Positions 21,203 to 30,469 of a DNA stretch of 63,721 nt are shown here, piece after piece. A model generated the notes under the pieces. It was not told the origin of the DNA. It searched no databases and saw only the letters and a program-made list of their open reading frames with translations. The translations under genes were made by a program, and so were the position numbers. Numbering within the stretch: position 1 is the first letter of the stretch; each line of letters starts with the position of its first letter. This DNA comes from an uncultured Lichenihabitans sp. (GTDB lineage: Bacteria > Pseudomonadota > Alphaproteobacteria > Rhizobiales > Beijerinckiaceae), in the NCBI GenBank assembly GCA_964252585.1, contig CAXUOD010000003.1, forward strand, positions 1 to 63,721, in the 5' to 3' direction.

Positions 21203-23455
21203 TCAGGATCCAGGAGGATCGAACCCGAACAGAATTCGCTGCCGCACGAGTTCGTCGGCGAGCGGTCGATAGGCCAGCCGGCCGCCGGAGCGCGGGTGCA
21301 GGTCGAGGAGGCCGTTCGGACAATGCCGGTCGTCGTCCCAACCCGGATGGTTGATCACCGGATAGAGGCACAGGCCCTCGACCGGAACGCCGGCCGACCG
21401 GGCGGCCCGGACCTCGGCCCCGATCCGGGAGAGCCACGACGGGCGACGCTCGGCCTCGATGCCGGTTTCGGCCACGAAGATGGGCCGGCCATAACGCGCG
21501 TAGGTGTCGGCCAGGAGATAGCGAAAAGGTCTGTGCAGCGGATGCTCCACGTCGATCGGCCCCGTGCCGTGGATCCACTGGTTGTTGAAGTAGTAGTTCA
21601 CCCCGACGATGTCGAGGTGCCTCGGGGTGCCGCCGAGTTGCGGCCAGGCGTGGCCCGCGAGCATGTCCCAACCCTGGAACTGCGCCTGCCGGTGCCCCTC
21701 CGCATGCGGATGTTCGTGCGGCCGGTCCGGATGCGTGATCACGTTGATGACGGGGTCGGCATGGACGAAGCGGGCGCGTGGCTCGACGGCCCAGATCGCG
21801 TCCATGGCCGCGATGGCAGTGCGGGCCAGCTGCACCTTCAGCTCGTGACCACGCCCCCGCGCGAACGGGTTGAGATAGGCCGCGTCTCCCCCGCCCCAGG
21901 CGAAGAACGAGATTTCGTTCACCGGGCAGTAGAACGGCACCTCATCGGTCTCGTCCCGGACCACGCGGGCGGCCGCGGCTGCGAACCGGGCGAAGCGATC
22001 GACGAAAGCGGGGCGCCAGACATCGAGGTCGTCGGGCCAGCCGTAATGCAGCAGGTCCCAGAGCACCTGCGTCCCGGTCCCGCGGGCGGCGCGGAGCATG
22101 GGCAGGAAGCTCGACCAGTCGTAGCGTCCCGGTGATGTCTCGACGAGGTGCCATCGCAAGCCGTCCCGCACCGTGCGGATCTCATGGCTCGCAAGCGTCT
22201 GGAAATCCGAGGCGGCATGTCGGTCGTGTCCGATCGCGGCGATCATGTCGAGGCGGCACCCGTCGTGCCGACGGTGGGTGGAGGACTCGATGCCCCCTTG
22301 GAAGAAGGTCCGGAACAGCGTCGGCGGTGGCGCGGCTCGACGTTCCGCGAGGACCGCGTCGAACATCGCCTGCCACTGCGGGACGACCGCCGCGACCGCG
22401 TAGTCGCGCTCGACCTTGGCGCGCAGCGCTCCGCCCAACCGGCGACGCTCGGCCGGATCGTCGAGGAGGCGCAGGATCGTAGCCGCGACGGCCCCCGGGT
22501 CCTGGTGGGGCACGAACACGCCCGACACCCCGTCGTTGATCTGTTCCAGCGTCCCGTTGTCGCGCGTGGCGACGACCGCGAGGCTCGCGGCACCGGCTTC
22601 GGCGATCACATGGGGCATGCCCTCGTGGCGCGACAGCCAGACGAAGAGGTCGAGCCCCGCCAGGAGGGCCGGGACGTCGGTGCGGTCGCCGAGGAATTCC
22701 AGCCGGCCGGCAAGACCGAGCGACGAGGCAAGCCGGCGAAGCTCCTGCGCATAGTCGGGCATGAAGGCATCGGGGCCGCCGATCGCCACGAAACGAGCAG
22801 CCGGCCGGGCCTGGGCCACGACTGCTGCGGCCCTGATGAAGTCCTCGACCCGCTTCTTGCGATCGAGCCGGCCGACCCAGCCGACGACGGGCGCATCGGC
22901 AGCGACGCCGAACAGGGCGCGCGCCTTCGCCCGATCGTCGGCGCGGAACTCCGACAGATCCACCATCGAGGGGATCTCGAGCGCATGATGCGGGCGATCC
23001 GGCATCCTGGCCGCAGCGGCATCGCGGATGGAGGCGCAGACCCCGACATAGCGCGCCGTCAGGTTCTTCGGTCCGGCCAGGGCCTCGGAGACGAGGCCAC
23101 CGTGCTCGATCAGCGGCGGCCGCAGATGCAGCCGTTCGAGCGCCGGGTAGATATCGGCGACGTTCTGCGACGCGATGACGATGTCGTAGGCCGAGACTTT
23201 GGTGGCGAGATAGCCGACCGTGTCCTCGAACGACAGGTCATAGGGGATGCGATCAACGTCGACGCCGAGTCGCGCGAGCTGCTCGTGCGTCTGGTCCGGC
23301 ATGCCCTCCTTCCTGAAGCACGCCACGACATCGATGCGATAGCGGCTCCGATCGAGGGACTGGGCGAGCAGGCGCACCTCGGTCTCTTCGCCCCCCACCA
23401 CCAGCCAAGCAAAGACCCAGAGGATGCGGACCGGGCCCGCAGCCGCGTCCGACAT
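21203..23455 (-). CDS. GT4 glycosyltransferase fused to a GH1-like (clan GH-A) glycoside hydrolase
   Basis: N-half VGRLDRKKR...HEGMPHVIAEA (GT-B); C-half GGIESSTH...RTVRDGLRWH...PVNEISF...GVNYY...FVAETG with NE acid/base and ETG nucleophile; ATG overlaps the upstream TGA. Confidence 0.85.
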   Translation of the reverse strand: MSDAAAGPVRILWVFAWLVVGGEETEVRLLAQSLDRSRYRIDVVACFRKEGMPDQTHEQLARLGVDVDRIPYDLSFEDTVGYLATKVSAYDIVIASQNVADIYPALERLHLRPPLIEHGGLVSEALAGPKNLTARYVGVCASIRDAAAARMPDRPHHALEIPSMVDLSEFRADDRAKARALFGVAADAPVVGWVGRLDRKKRVEDFIRAAAVVAQARPAARFVAIGGPDAFMPDYAQELRRLASSLGLAGRLEFLGDRTDVPALLAGLDLFVWLSRHEGMPHVIAEAGAASLAVVATRDNGTLEQINDGVSGVFVPHQDPGAVAATILRLLDDPAERRRLGGALRAKVERDYAVAAVVPQWQAMFDAVLAERRAAPPPTLFRTFFQGGIESSTHRRHDGCRLDMIAAIGHDRHAASDFQTLASHEIRTVRDGLRWHLVETSPGRYDWSSFLPMLRAARGTGTQVLWDLLHYGWPDDLDVWRPAFVDRFARFAAAAARVVRDETDEVPFYCPVNEISFFAWGGGDAAYLNPFARGRGHELKVQLARTAIAAMDAIWAVEPRARFVHADPVINVITHPDRPHEHPHAEGHRQAQFQGWDMLAGHAWPQLGGTPRHLDIVGVNYYFNNQWIHGTGPIDVEHPLHRPFRYLLADTYARYGRPIFVAETGIEAERRPSWLSRIGAEVRAARSAGVPVEGLCLYPVINHPGWDDDRHCPNGLLDLHPRSGGRLAYRPLADELVRQRILFGFDPPGS

Positions 23456-24555
23456 CAATCGGCACCCTTGAACACGACCTGCAGGAACTCAGGCCGCGTC
23501 TCGTGCAGCGTTTTCAGGAAAGCCGGGGCCTCGTCGAACGGAACCACATGGGTGATCACGTTCTCGATCAGGTCGTCGCCGACCTCTTCGAGAAGTGCGA
23601 CGGTTTCGAGAGCCAGGCGACGGCGGTCCCAGGCGAACCCGAGGCCGCGCGGCACCCGTCCGATCTGCGCGCAGCGGATCGCGAGACCGTTGTGGTGGAA
23701 CTCCTCGCCGAGCCGCACCGCACCGGCGCCGTCCTGGTAGAACGCGAGGTCGATCACGGTGCCTTGCGGCCGCAGGGCGCGGAGTGCCGCCTGCAGGCTT
23801 TCGGCGTGGGCACGGGTCTGGAACACGAAGTCGGCGCCGCGGTCGTTGCCGCCGTGGTGCCAACGCTCCTTGGCCAGGCCCCAGGCCTGATCCTCGGTCA
23901 CGGCCTCGAAGCCGAGCGCTTCGGCGCGCTGCCGCCGAAACCCCGAGGGATCGGCCACGAGGACCTCGGTGGCCCCGCACTGCTGGGCGAAGAGCGCCGT
24001 CAAGAGGCCCACGACACCGCCGCCGATGACGAGCACCGGCCGGCCCGCGACCCCGATGCCGAGCGCCGGGACTTGAGCGCCGAAGATTTCGGCATCGGCA
24101 TGAAGGATGCCGTTCGCCGCAATGGGACCCATCTGGGCCACATAGATCCCGAGGATCGGGTCCATGTCTTCGGGAAGCGGGATCAGGAGGTCATGGAAGG
24201 GGTTGGCCGTATGCCCGCTCTTGTGGGCATAGGTGGTGGCCACGATCTGCCCGTTCCGAAAGGCCGGGCTGCGCGACTCGACGACCCGCGCCACCTCCAT
24301 GTAGCCCATGAAAGGCACCGGATAATGCATGCCGGCTTCGTTCGGGACGAAGACGCCGCGCTCGCCGTCCCAGCGCGAGTGCAGGTAGGGGTTGGTCCCC
24401 TTGAAGAAGGTCAGCTCGGTGCCGGCCGAGAGGCCGGTATAGAGGGTCTCGAGCCGGACCTGCCCGTCGCCGGGCGGCCCTTCCTCGTAGCCGAAGAAAT
24501 AGGCTTCGCCCGGCCGTTCGACGCCGAGGGAACGGATGTGACGATGATCGGACAT
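23455..24555 (-). CDS. MDR-superfamily (zinc-ADH fold) oxidoreductase, apparently lacking catalytic Zn ligands
   Basis: GLSAGTE and MGY at the usual C.../GHE positions; Rossmann VIGGGVVG; start MSDHRH. Confidence 0.82.
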   Translation of the reverse strand: MSDHRHIRSLGVERPGEAYFFGYEEGPPGDGQVRLETLYTGLSAGTELTFFKGTNPYLHSRWDGERGVFVPNEAGMHYPVPFMGYMEVARVVESRSPAFRNGQIVATTYAHKSGHTANPFHDLLIPLPEDMDPILGIYVAQMGPIAANGILHADAEIFGAQVPALGIGVAGRPVLVIGGGVVGLLTALFAQQCGATEVLVADPSGFRRQRAEALGFEAVTEDQAWGLAKERWHHGGNDRGADFVFQTRAHAESLQAALRALRPQGTVIDLAFYQDGAGAVRLGEEFHHNGLAIRCAQIGRVPRGLGFAWDRRRLALETVALLEEVGDDLIENVITHVVPFDEAPAFLKTLHETRPEFLQVVFKGAD

Positions 24556-24563
24556 GGTGAGGT

Positions 24564-26669
24564 TCAACCGTTCTGCGAATCGAGATCGACGGATCGGCCG
24601 GTTTCGATGGAGCGGCGGATCGCGTCGGTGATGCGAAGCGTCTTCAAGGCTTCGCCGTAAGGGCACCGGATGCGGTTCTCTCCCCCGCGAACGGCGTCGA
24701 TGAAGTCGCGATCCTGCCGCCGGACGGGGTCGCCCTCGGCGTGCCGGTAAGGCCGGCCGCGGCCGACATCGACCATGATGTCGTGGTCGGTCATCTCGAT
24801 GGCGAGCCGCTCGCCGAAGAGATGCAGGCCGACGCGATGGTTCCAGCCGAGAAGGCAGGTCGATCCGATGTTGCCGACGGCGCCGGAGGCGAACTTCAGG
24901 GTCGCGCTGGAGGCGGTGGCGACATCGAGCCCGGGGAAGTCGGGACGCGGCTTGTGGCTCGCGGCACCGAAGACCTGGGTGACGTCTCCGACGAGATAGT
25001 GGGCGAGATCGACGATGTGGGTCGTCTGCTCGTTGATCTGCCCGCCCGACTGGTCCTGTTTCCACCACCATAGCGGAGGCGGCGTCGAGTCGAGCCAATA
25101 CCCCGACAGGAACTGTGCCGGGTTGTCGGCCAGCACCGCCTTCGCCTCGTCGGTCGTGTCGAGGTAGCGCCAGTGATAGCCGACCCCGGTGACGAGGCCG
25201 GCGGCCTCGACCTCCCGGGCGAGCGCCTCGGCGGCCGCGAGGTCGAGCGCCAGCGGCTTCTCCACGAAGAACGGAAGCCCTCTCTTCAGCGCTGCCCGTT
25301 CGGGAACGCCGTGGGCGAAAGGCGGCACGCAGATGAAGAGCGCGTCGAGCGGCACCTCGGCCAACATCATGTCGAGATCGGCAAAGGCACGCGCACCGAA
25401 ACGTTCGGCCGAGCCTTGCGCCCGTTCCTCGACAGGATCGGCGAACGCCGCGAGTTCGACGTCTCCGAACTGTTCGAGGATTCCGAGATGGCGTTGTGCG
25501 ATCCCACCCGCGCCGATGAAACCGATGCGGGTTCGCGCCGACTCTACGCCATCCATTGTCACCATCCTCCGTTGTTGCCCGGGTGGAACCCGCAGCTCTT
25601 CGAAAAGCCGCGCCGTCTCGTCCGCCATGCGGGCCGCCGTGAAGGCGTCGAGAAAACGCGCCCGGCCTCCGAGCCCGAGCGCGCGGGCTCGATCGGGGTC
25701 GGCGAGGACCTCGCCGATCGCGACCGCGAGGCTTTCCGGGTGCCCCGGCTCGACGAACCGGCCCGTGATCCCGTCGATCAAGACTTCGTCGGTGCCGCCG
25801 ACTCGGGTCGCCACGACCGGCAGCCCCTGCGCCATAGCTTCCAGCATCGCCAGCGGCAAGCCCTCGAAGCGCGATGGCAGGACGAAGAGATCCGCGGCGG
25901 CCAGGAAATCCGGCACGTCGGCGCGATGGCCCATGAAGCTGATCGCATGGGCGACACCGAGCGCCGACGCCTGTTCCTTGAGCATGTCTTCCTGCGGCCC
26001 ACTCCCGATGAGCCAGACGCGGCAGGCGGGGTGTCGCGCCAGCACGGCCGGCAGGGCGCCGACGAGGGTCGCGTGGTCCTTCTGCAGCGTCAGCCGAGCC
26101 GTGGTGACGACAACAGGACAGCGATCGTCGAGCCCCAAGGACCACCGCGTGTCATGGCGCTGCCGCCCTGCCGGCTTGAACGGCAGGCCGTTGCGGATCA
26201 CGGAGAGTTTGCCCGGATCGATCCCCGCGGCCCGGAACGTCGAGGCTGCGGCATCGGACACGCAGATGACCCGATCGACCCGGTCGATCCCAGCCTGGTG
26301 ATCGCGGCGCTGCCCGGGGTCCGTGATGACGTTGGGAAGATGCTCGGTGCGGACGATCACGGCGATGCCGGCCGCACGGCCCTGGGCCGCGAGCGCGTGG
26401 CCCTCCCAGCCGATACCGGCGTGGACATGCAGCAGGTCGAAGCCGCCGGCCCGGAGCCATCGCGTCACGGCGTCCGGATCGTCGTCGAGCCGTTTGATCG
26501 CGGCGCCGAGACGGGCGCCACGTTGCAGCAGAGCCCGGCCGCCGGGGCTCACCGGACAGGCCAGGGTCACGTCGTAACGGCCGCGCCACTCTCCTGCCAA
26601 GGCGAGCATGTGCTCGCCGACGCCGGACGGCTCCATACTGTCGGTCACAAGGCATAACCGGGGCATCAT
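24564..26669 (-). CDS. GT4 glycosyltransferase fused to a Gfo/Idh/MocA oxidoreductase
   Basis: GT4 HVHAG...ARLTLQKDH...SRFEGLPLAMLEAM continues in frame into RIGFIGAGGIA...FVEKPL...EQTTHIVD. Confidence 0.82.
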   Translation of the reverse strand: MMPRLCLVTDSMEPSGVGEHMLALAGEWRGRYDVTLACPVSPGGRALLQRGARLGAAIKRLDDDPDAVTRWLRAGGFDLLHVHAGIGWEGHALAAQGRAAGIAVIVRTEHLPNVITDPGQRRDHQAGIDRVDRVICVSDAAASTFRAAGIDPGKLSVIRNGLPFKPAGRQRHDTRWSLGLDDRCPVVVTTARLTLQKDHATLVGALPAVLARHPACRVWLIGSGPQEDMLKEQASALGVAHAISFMGHRADVPDFLAAADLFVLPSRFEGLPLAMLEAMAQGLPVVATRVGGTDEVLIDGITGRFVEPGHPESLAVAIGEVLADPDRARALGLGGRARFLDAFTAARMADETARLFEELRVPPGQQRRMVTMDGVESARTRIGFIGAGGIAQRHLGILEQFGDVELAAFADPVEERAQGSAERFGARAFADLDMMLAEVPLDALFICVPPFAHGVPERAALKRGLPFFVEKPLALDLAAAEALAREVEAAGLVTGVGYHWRYLDTTDEAKAVLADNPAQFLSGYWLDSTPPPLWWWKQDQSGGQINEQTTHIVDLAHYLVGDVTQVFGAASHKPRPDFPGLDVATASSATLKFASGAVGNIGSTCLLGWNHRVGLHLFGERLAIEMTDHDIMVDVGRGRPYRHAEGDPVRRQDRDFIDAVRGGENRIRCPYGEALKTLRITDAIRRSIETGRSVDLDSQNG

Positions 26670-26681
26670 GACCCGCGGCCT

Positions 26682-29129
26682 TCAAGCCATTGCGGATGCG
26701 CCGGTCGAGTCGGGCGCCGCAACGGCACGGTCGAGCGACGAACCCGCCTCTCGCGATTCCTCGCTGACGCGCGGCACGACCCCTCGCTCGACCAGCCGCC
26801 GGTAGGTCGCCAGCGCCTGCCCGACGATCTGATCCATGTTGTAGTAGCGGTAAGTGGCGAGCCGGCCCACGAAGCTGACGTCCGCTTGGGCCAGGGCCAG
26901 GGCTTCGTACCGTTTGTAGAGCGCCTGGTTTTCGGGCCGGGGGATCGGGTAATACGGGTCTCCCTCCTGGCTCGGTATCTCGTAGGTGATGCTGGTCCGT
27001 TCGCTGACCTGCCCGGTCAGATGCTTGTATTCCGTGATCCGCGTGTAGGGCACGGATTCATCCGGATAGTTCACCACGCCGACGGCCTGGAAGCGCCGGC
27101 GTTCGTGGGTCTCATGCCGAAACTCGAGGCTTCGATAGGGCAGCGCCCCGTGACAATGGCCGAAATATTCGTCGATCGGGCCCGTGAACACGGTGTGGTC
27201 CGCGACGACATCGCGCCGGACGTCGGCGAACTCCACACCGAGTTGGACCGTGATGTTGGGGTGGTCCAGCATGGCATCGAACATGGCCGTATAGCCGCGG
27301 GCCGGCATCATCTGGAACGCGTCGGCGAAGTAGCGGTCGTCGGTCGAGGTTCGGGTGGGGACCCGCTGGGTGACGGAGCGGTCGAGTTCGGACGGGTCGT
27401 GGCCCCATTGCTTGCGGGTGTAGCCGCGAAAGAACATTTCGTAGAGTTCGCGGCCCACCTGCGCCACGACGGCGTCCTCGGCCGTCCGAACCGTCGCGAC
27501 GGGCTCGGCCCGCGCCGCCAGGAAGGCCGCCGCCTCGGCGTCGCTCCTGAGATCGAGCCCGAAGATCCCGTTCAGCGTCGTGCGATTGATGGGCATCGGC
27601 ACCAGCGCGTCGCCCACGCTGGCGAGAACGCGATGCTCGTAGGGGCGCCATTCCGTGAAACGGGACAGGTGATCCACCACCTCGCGGGCGTTGGTGTGGA
27701 AGATGTGCGGTCCGTAGCGATGGACCAGGATCCCGGCCCGGTCGAGATGGTCGTAAGCGTTGCCGCCGACGTGCGGCCGCCGGTCGACGACCAGAACCCG
27801 ACGGCCGGAACCGGCCGCGAGCCGTTCCGCCAACACCGATCCGGCAAAGCCCGCGCCCGCCACGACGACGTCATAAGGCTTGCGTCGGCCGGACGGGCGC
27901 ACGGCCGGCTTGCAAGGTGCCCGCGGCGAGAGCGCGATCGGCCGGGTCGCCTCGGACTGCCGCGCCATCGCGGCCCCGACGAGGGCCCGCATCCGCCCGA
28001 ACGTATCGTCCCAGGATTGACTAGCCAGGAGACGATCGGCTTCGGCCCGCCAGCACGACGGTGTCCCGGCGATCGCCAACATCGCGGCGCAGGCCGCGAC
28101 AAAGTCTTCGCTGGCAGCGGCGATCGCCACCCCTGCGAGATGTCCGTAGTGGCGTTCGACATCCCTGATCGGCGTCGACACGACAGGCCGGCCAGCCGCG
28201 AGATATTCCGGCGTCTTGGTCGGGCTGATGAACCGCGTCGATTCGTTGATCGCGAAGGGCATAAGAGCCACATCCCAACCCGCCAGATAGGCCGGAAGGT
28301 CGTCGTATGACTTGGACCCGAGATAATGGAGGTTGGGTCGGCGCGGGAGCGTCGCCGGATCGATCTTCGCGACGGGGCCGACCATCACGATGTGCCACTC
28401 GGGGCGCGCCGCGGCCACGGCGTCGAGGAGGGCGAGATCCATGCGCTCGTCGATCACACCGTAGAAGCCGAGCCGCGGATGCGGGATACCGGCCTGATCG
28501 GCCGGGCTCGCGACGCCGGCTTCTCTCGCACGCCGGAAATGCGCGACGTCGACGCTCGACGGGAACGGATGGATGTTGTCGTGGGCAACCCGCTTCGCCT
28601 CGTAGAGGCTATGCCCCCCCGTGAAGACCACGTCGGCGCGCTGCAAGAGATCGGCTTCGAGCCGCTTCAGTTCGGGCGGCGCGAAGCTGAAGGCGGCGAG
28701 TTCGTCCATGCAATCGTAGACGACGAGCGCGGCGTCGACGTGCCGGGCGAAACCGTACATCATCGGGGTATAGAACCACAGGATCGGTCGGCCGGAGCCC
28801 TGGGTCGCGATCAGCATCGCCAGCATGTCGCGAAGCGCCGTTTGCCGGGCCGGTTCGTCCCACCAGTGCGGCACCCGCGGCCGGAGCGCGATGACGTCCT
28901 GCTCCGGGAATGGGTGGTACTCGAGATAGGCCCGGTGATGATCGCAGGCGATCGGCTCTTCGAAAACGTAGACGCGCCGCTCCCGCGCGAATCGGCTCAT
29001 CAAATGTTGCGGACGCTGGAAGACGAAGTCCCACCGGAGATGGGAGAAGCAAATCAATGGTGCCGGGTAATCATCGAGAACGTCGAAGGTCGGTCGCCCC
29101 TGAGGCAGCACATTCAAAACCTTCAACAC
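26682..29129 (-). CDS. glf: Glycosyltransferase (GT-B) fused to UDP-galactopyranose mutase
   Basis: N-half CFSHLRWDFVFQRPQHL...YDCMDEL...ISPTKTPEYLAAG; C-half GAGFAG...GGNAYD...YGPHIFHT...YTRKQWG...GRLATYRYYNMDQ. Confidence 0.92.
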   Translation of the reverse strand: MLKVLNVLPQGRPTFDVLDDYPAPLICFSHLRWDFVFQRPQHLMSRFARERRVYVFEEPIACDHHRAYLEYHPFPEQDVIALRPRVPHWWDEPARQTALRDMLAMLIATQGSGRPILWFYTPMMYGFARHVDAALVVYDCMDELAAFSFAPPELKRLEADLLQRADVVFTGGHSLYEAKRVAHDNIHPFPSSVDVAHFRRAREAGVASPADQAGIPHPRLGFYGVIDERMDLALLDAVAAARPEWHIVMVGPVAKIDPATLPRRPNLHYLGSKSYDDLPAYLAGWDVALMPFAINESTRFISPTKTPEYLAAGRPVVSTPIRDVERHYGHLAGVAIAAASEDFVAACAAMLAIAGTPSCWRAEADRLLASQSWDDTFGRMRALVGAAMARQSEATRPIALSPRAPCKPAVRPSGRRKPYDVVVAGAGFAGSVLAERLAAGSGRRVLVVDRRPHVGGNAYDHLDRAGILVHRYGPHIFHTNAREVVDHLSRFTEWRPYEHRVLASVGDALVPMPINRTTLNGIFGLDLRSDAEAAAFLAARAEPVATVRTAEDAVVAQVGRELYEMFFRGYTRKQWGHDPSELDRSVTQRVPTRTSTDDRYFADAFQMMPARGYTAMFDAMLDHPNITVQLGVEFADVRRDVVADHTVFTGPIDEYFGHCHGALPYRSLEFRHETHERRRFQAVGVVNYPDESVPYTRITEYKHLTGQVSERTSITYEIPSQEGDPYYPIPRPENQALYKRYEALALAQADVSFVGRLATYRYYNMDQIVGQALATYRRLVERGVVPRVSEESREAGSSLDRAVAAPDSTGASAMA

Positions 29130-29216
29130 GGCCTCCTGACGTTTGCACTTGCATCAATTACGGCATCCAGAGGGCGAGAGTCGAGCAGGCCTATGGACGC
29201 ATCGAGGCAGATTGGC

Positions 29217-30380
29217 TCAGCCGCGGCGGCCGAGGGCTTGCCCTTTCGCTGTCCCGGCCAGCATGGATCGGAGGCGATGCACGGAATGTGCCCACACCCA
29301 ACGGGCCAGGACCACGTCTCTCGGCCGCATGGCAGGCGCTGCGTCGATGAGGTCGCACAAGGCCTGTGGAAAAGCCTCCTCGTCTGCGGTTCGCCCCGTT
29401 TCCGGAACGATGTATTGCAGCCCGCACCGCAACCCGGCATTGGCCAGGACCGGCAGGCCAGCCAGCATGTATTCGGTCAGGATCGCCGGAGCGCCGTCGT
29501 CGACTCCGCAAACGACACCGATCCTCGCGGCATTCATCAGCCGATTGACCTCGTCGAACCCGACCCCAGGAGGACCGACGAAGTCGACGTCGATGCCCTG
29601 CTCGCCCGCGCGCCGGCGAAGGTCGTCGGCGAGCTCGCCGTAGCCGACGACGCACAGCGCCCTCAGGCGGCGCGGCGCCCGCGCCAGGGCGTCGAAGAGC
29701 GCGTCGTGCCGCTTATACGGCTGTGCCGCCGCGACATAGATCACGTCAAAGGGCTTCTCGGTGCCGAGCGGCCTGAATGTCAGCGGGTCGGCGAACTCCG
29801 GCCCGATCGGCAGGACCGCGGTCATCATGTCGGGATGCCGTTCGCGCACCTCCTCCGATTGCCACTCCGCGGCCGTCAGGACGAGATCGAAGCGTCCACT
29901 CACATCGGGCGGCAGGCGCAGGGCCGGCGCGTCGATGGAATTGTAGATCTTGAAGCTGTTGGCGCAGGCATCGAGCAGGGACGCGTCGACGCCGAGGCCC
30001 CAGGCGCAGAGGATATGCGGCGCCCCGAAAGCCGCGACAAAACCCAGCATGCTGTTCGAGCGGAACGGCGGCGTCTCGTCGCCGACGCGAAACGCGCGCC
30101 GGACCAGGACGGGATTGTCCCTGCGGAACGGACCCGGATCGGCCGGGCGCCAATGATGCCAGATCTCGGCGTGATCGACGAGACCCGCCTTGATGCAGGC
30201 GAGCGGCAGCCTCTCGAGATAACCGCCGAGCACGTCGAAGTCTCGCGGATCCTGGGGCGCCGGGCCGGGCGCCGGGCCCCACTCGCCCCGACGCCAGGCG
30301 TCCCGCGCGAGGTCGACCGAAGGCTCGGGCCCGGGATCGGGCGGCCAACCGTCGCGAAAATCGCTGATGGCGACGATCAT
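29217..30380 (-). CDS. Glycosyltransferase (GT4-like)
   Basis: YVAAAQPYKRHD...DDGAPAILTEYMLAGLPV GT-B C-terminal motif; start uncertain. Confidence 0.75.
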   Translation of the reverse strand: MIVAISDFRDGWPPDPGPEPSVDLARDAWRRGEWGPAPGPAPQDPRDFDVLGGYLERLPLACIKAGLVDHAEIWHHWRPADPGPFRRDNPVLVRRAFRVGDETPPFRSNSMLGFVAAFGAPHILCAWGLGVDASLLDACANSFKIYNSIDAPALRLPPDVSGRFDLVLTAAEWQSEEVRERHPDMMTAVLPIGPEFADPLTFRPLGTEKPFDVIYVAAAQPYKRHDALFDALARAPRRLRALCVVGYGELADDLRRRAGEQGIDVDFVGPPGVGFDEVNRLMNAARIGVVCGVDDGAPAILTEYMLAGLPVLANAGLRCGLQYIVPETGRTADEEAFPQALCDLIDAAPAMRPRDVVLARWVWAHSVHRLRSMLAGTAKGQALGRRG

Positions 30381-30469
30381 CCGGGACGGGCAGAGCGGAA
30401 CGGGGCTATGGCGCATTGCGATCCAAGCCATACTGGCCGATCACCCCTGCCGCAACGCGAGACCGATCG

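Noticed and set aside
23455-26145. 896-aa ORF as a single protein, and the long N-terminal extensions of the ORFs ending at 2784, 38391, 47389, 57487 and 63216
   Set aside because: The extensions are Arg/Pro/Gly-rich and overlap real genes; true starts were set downstream using RBS and start/stop overlaps.
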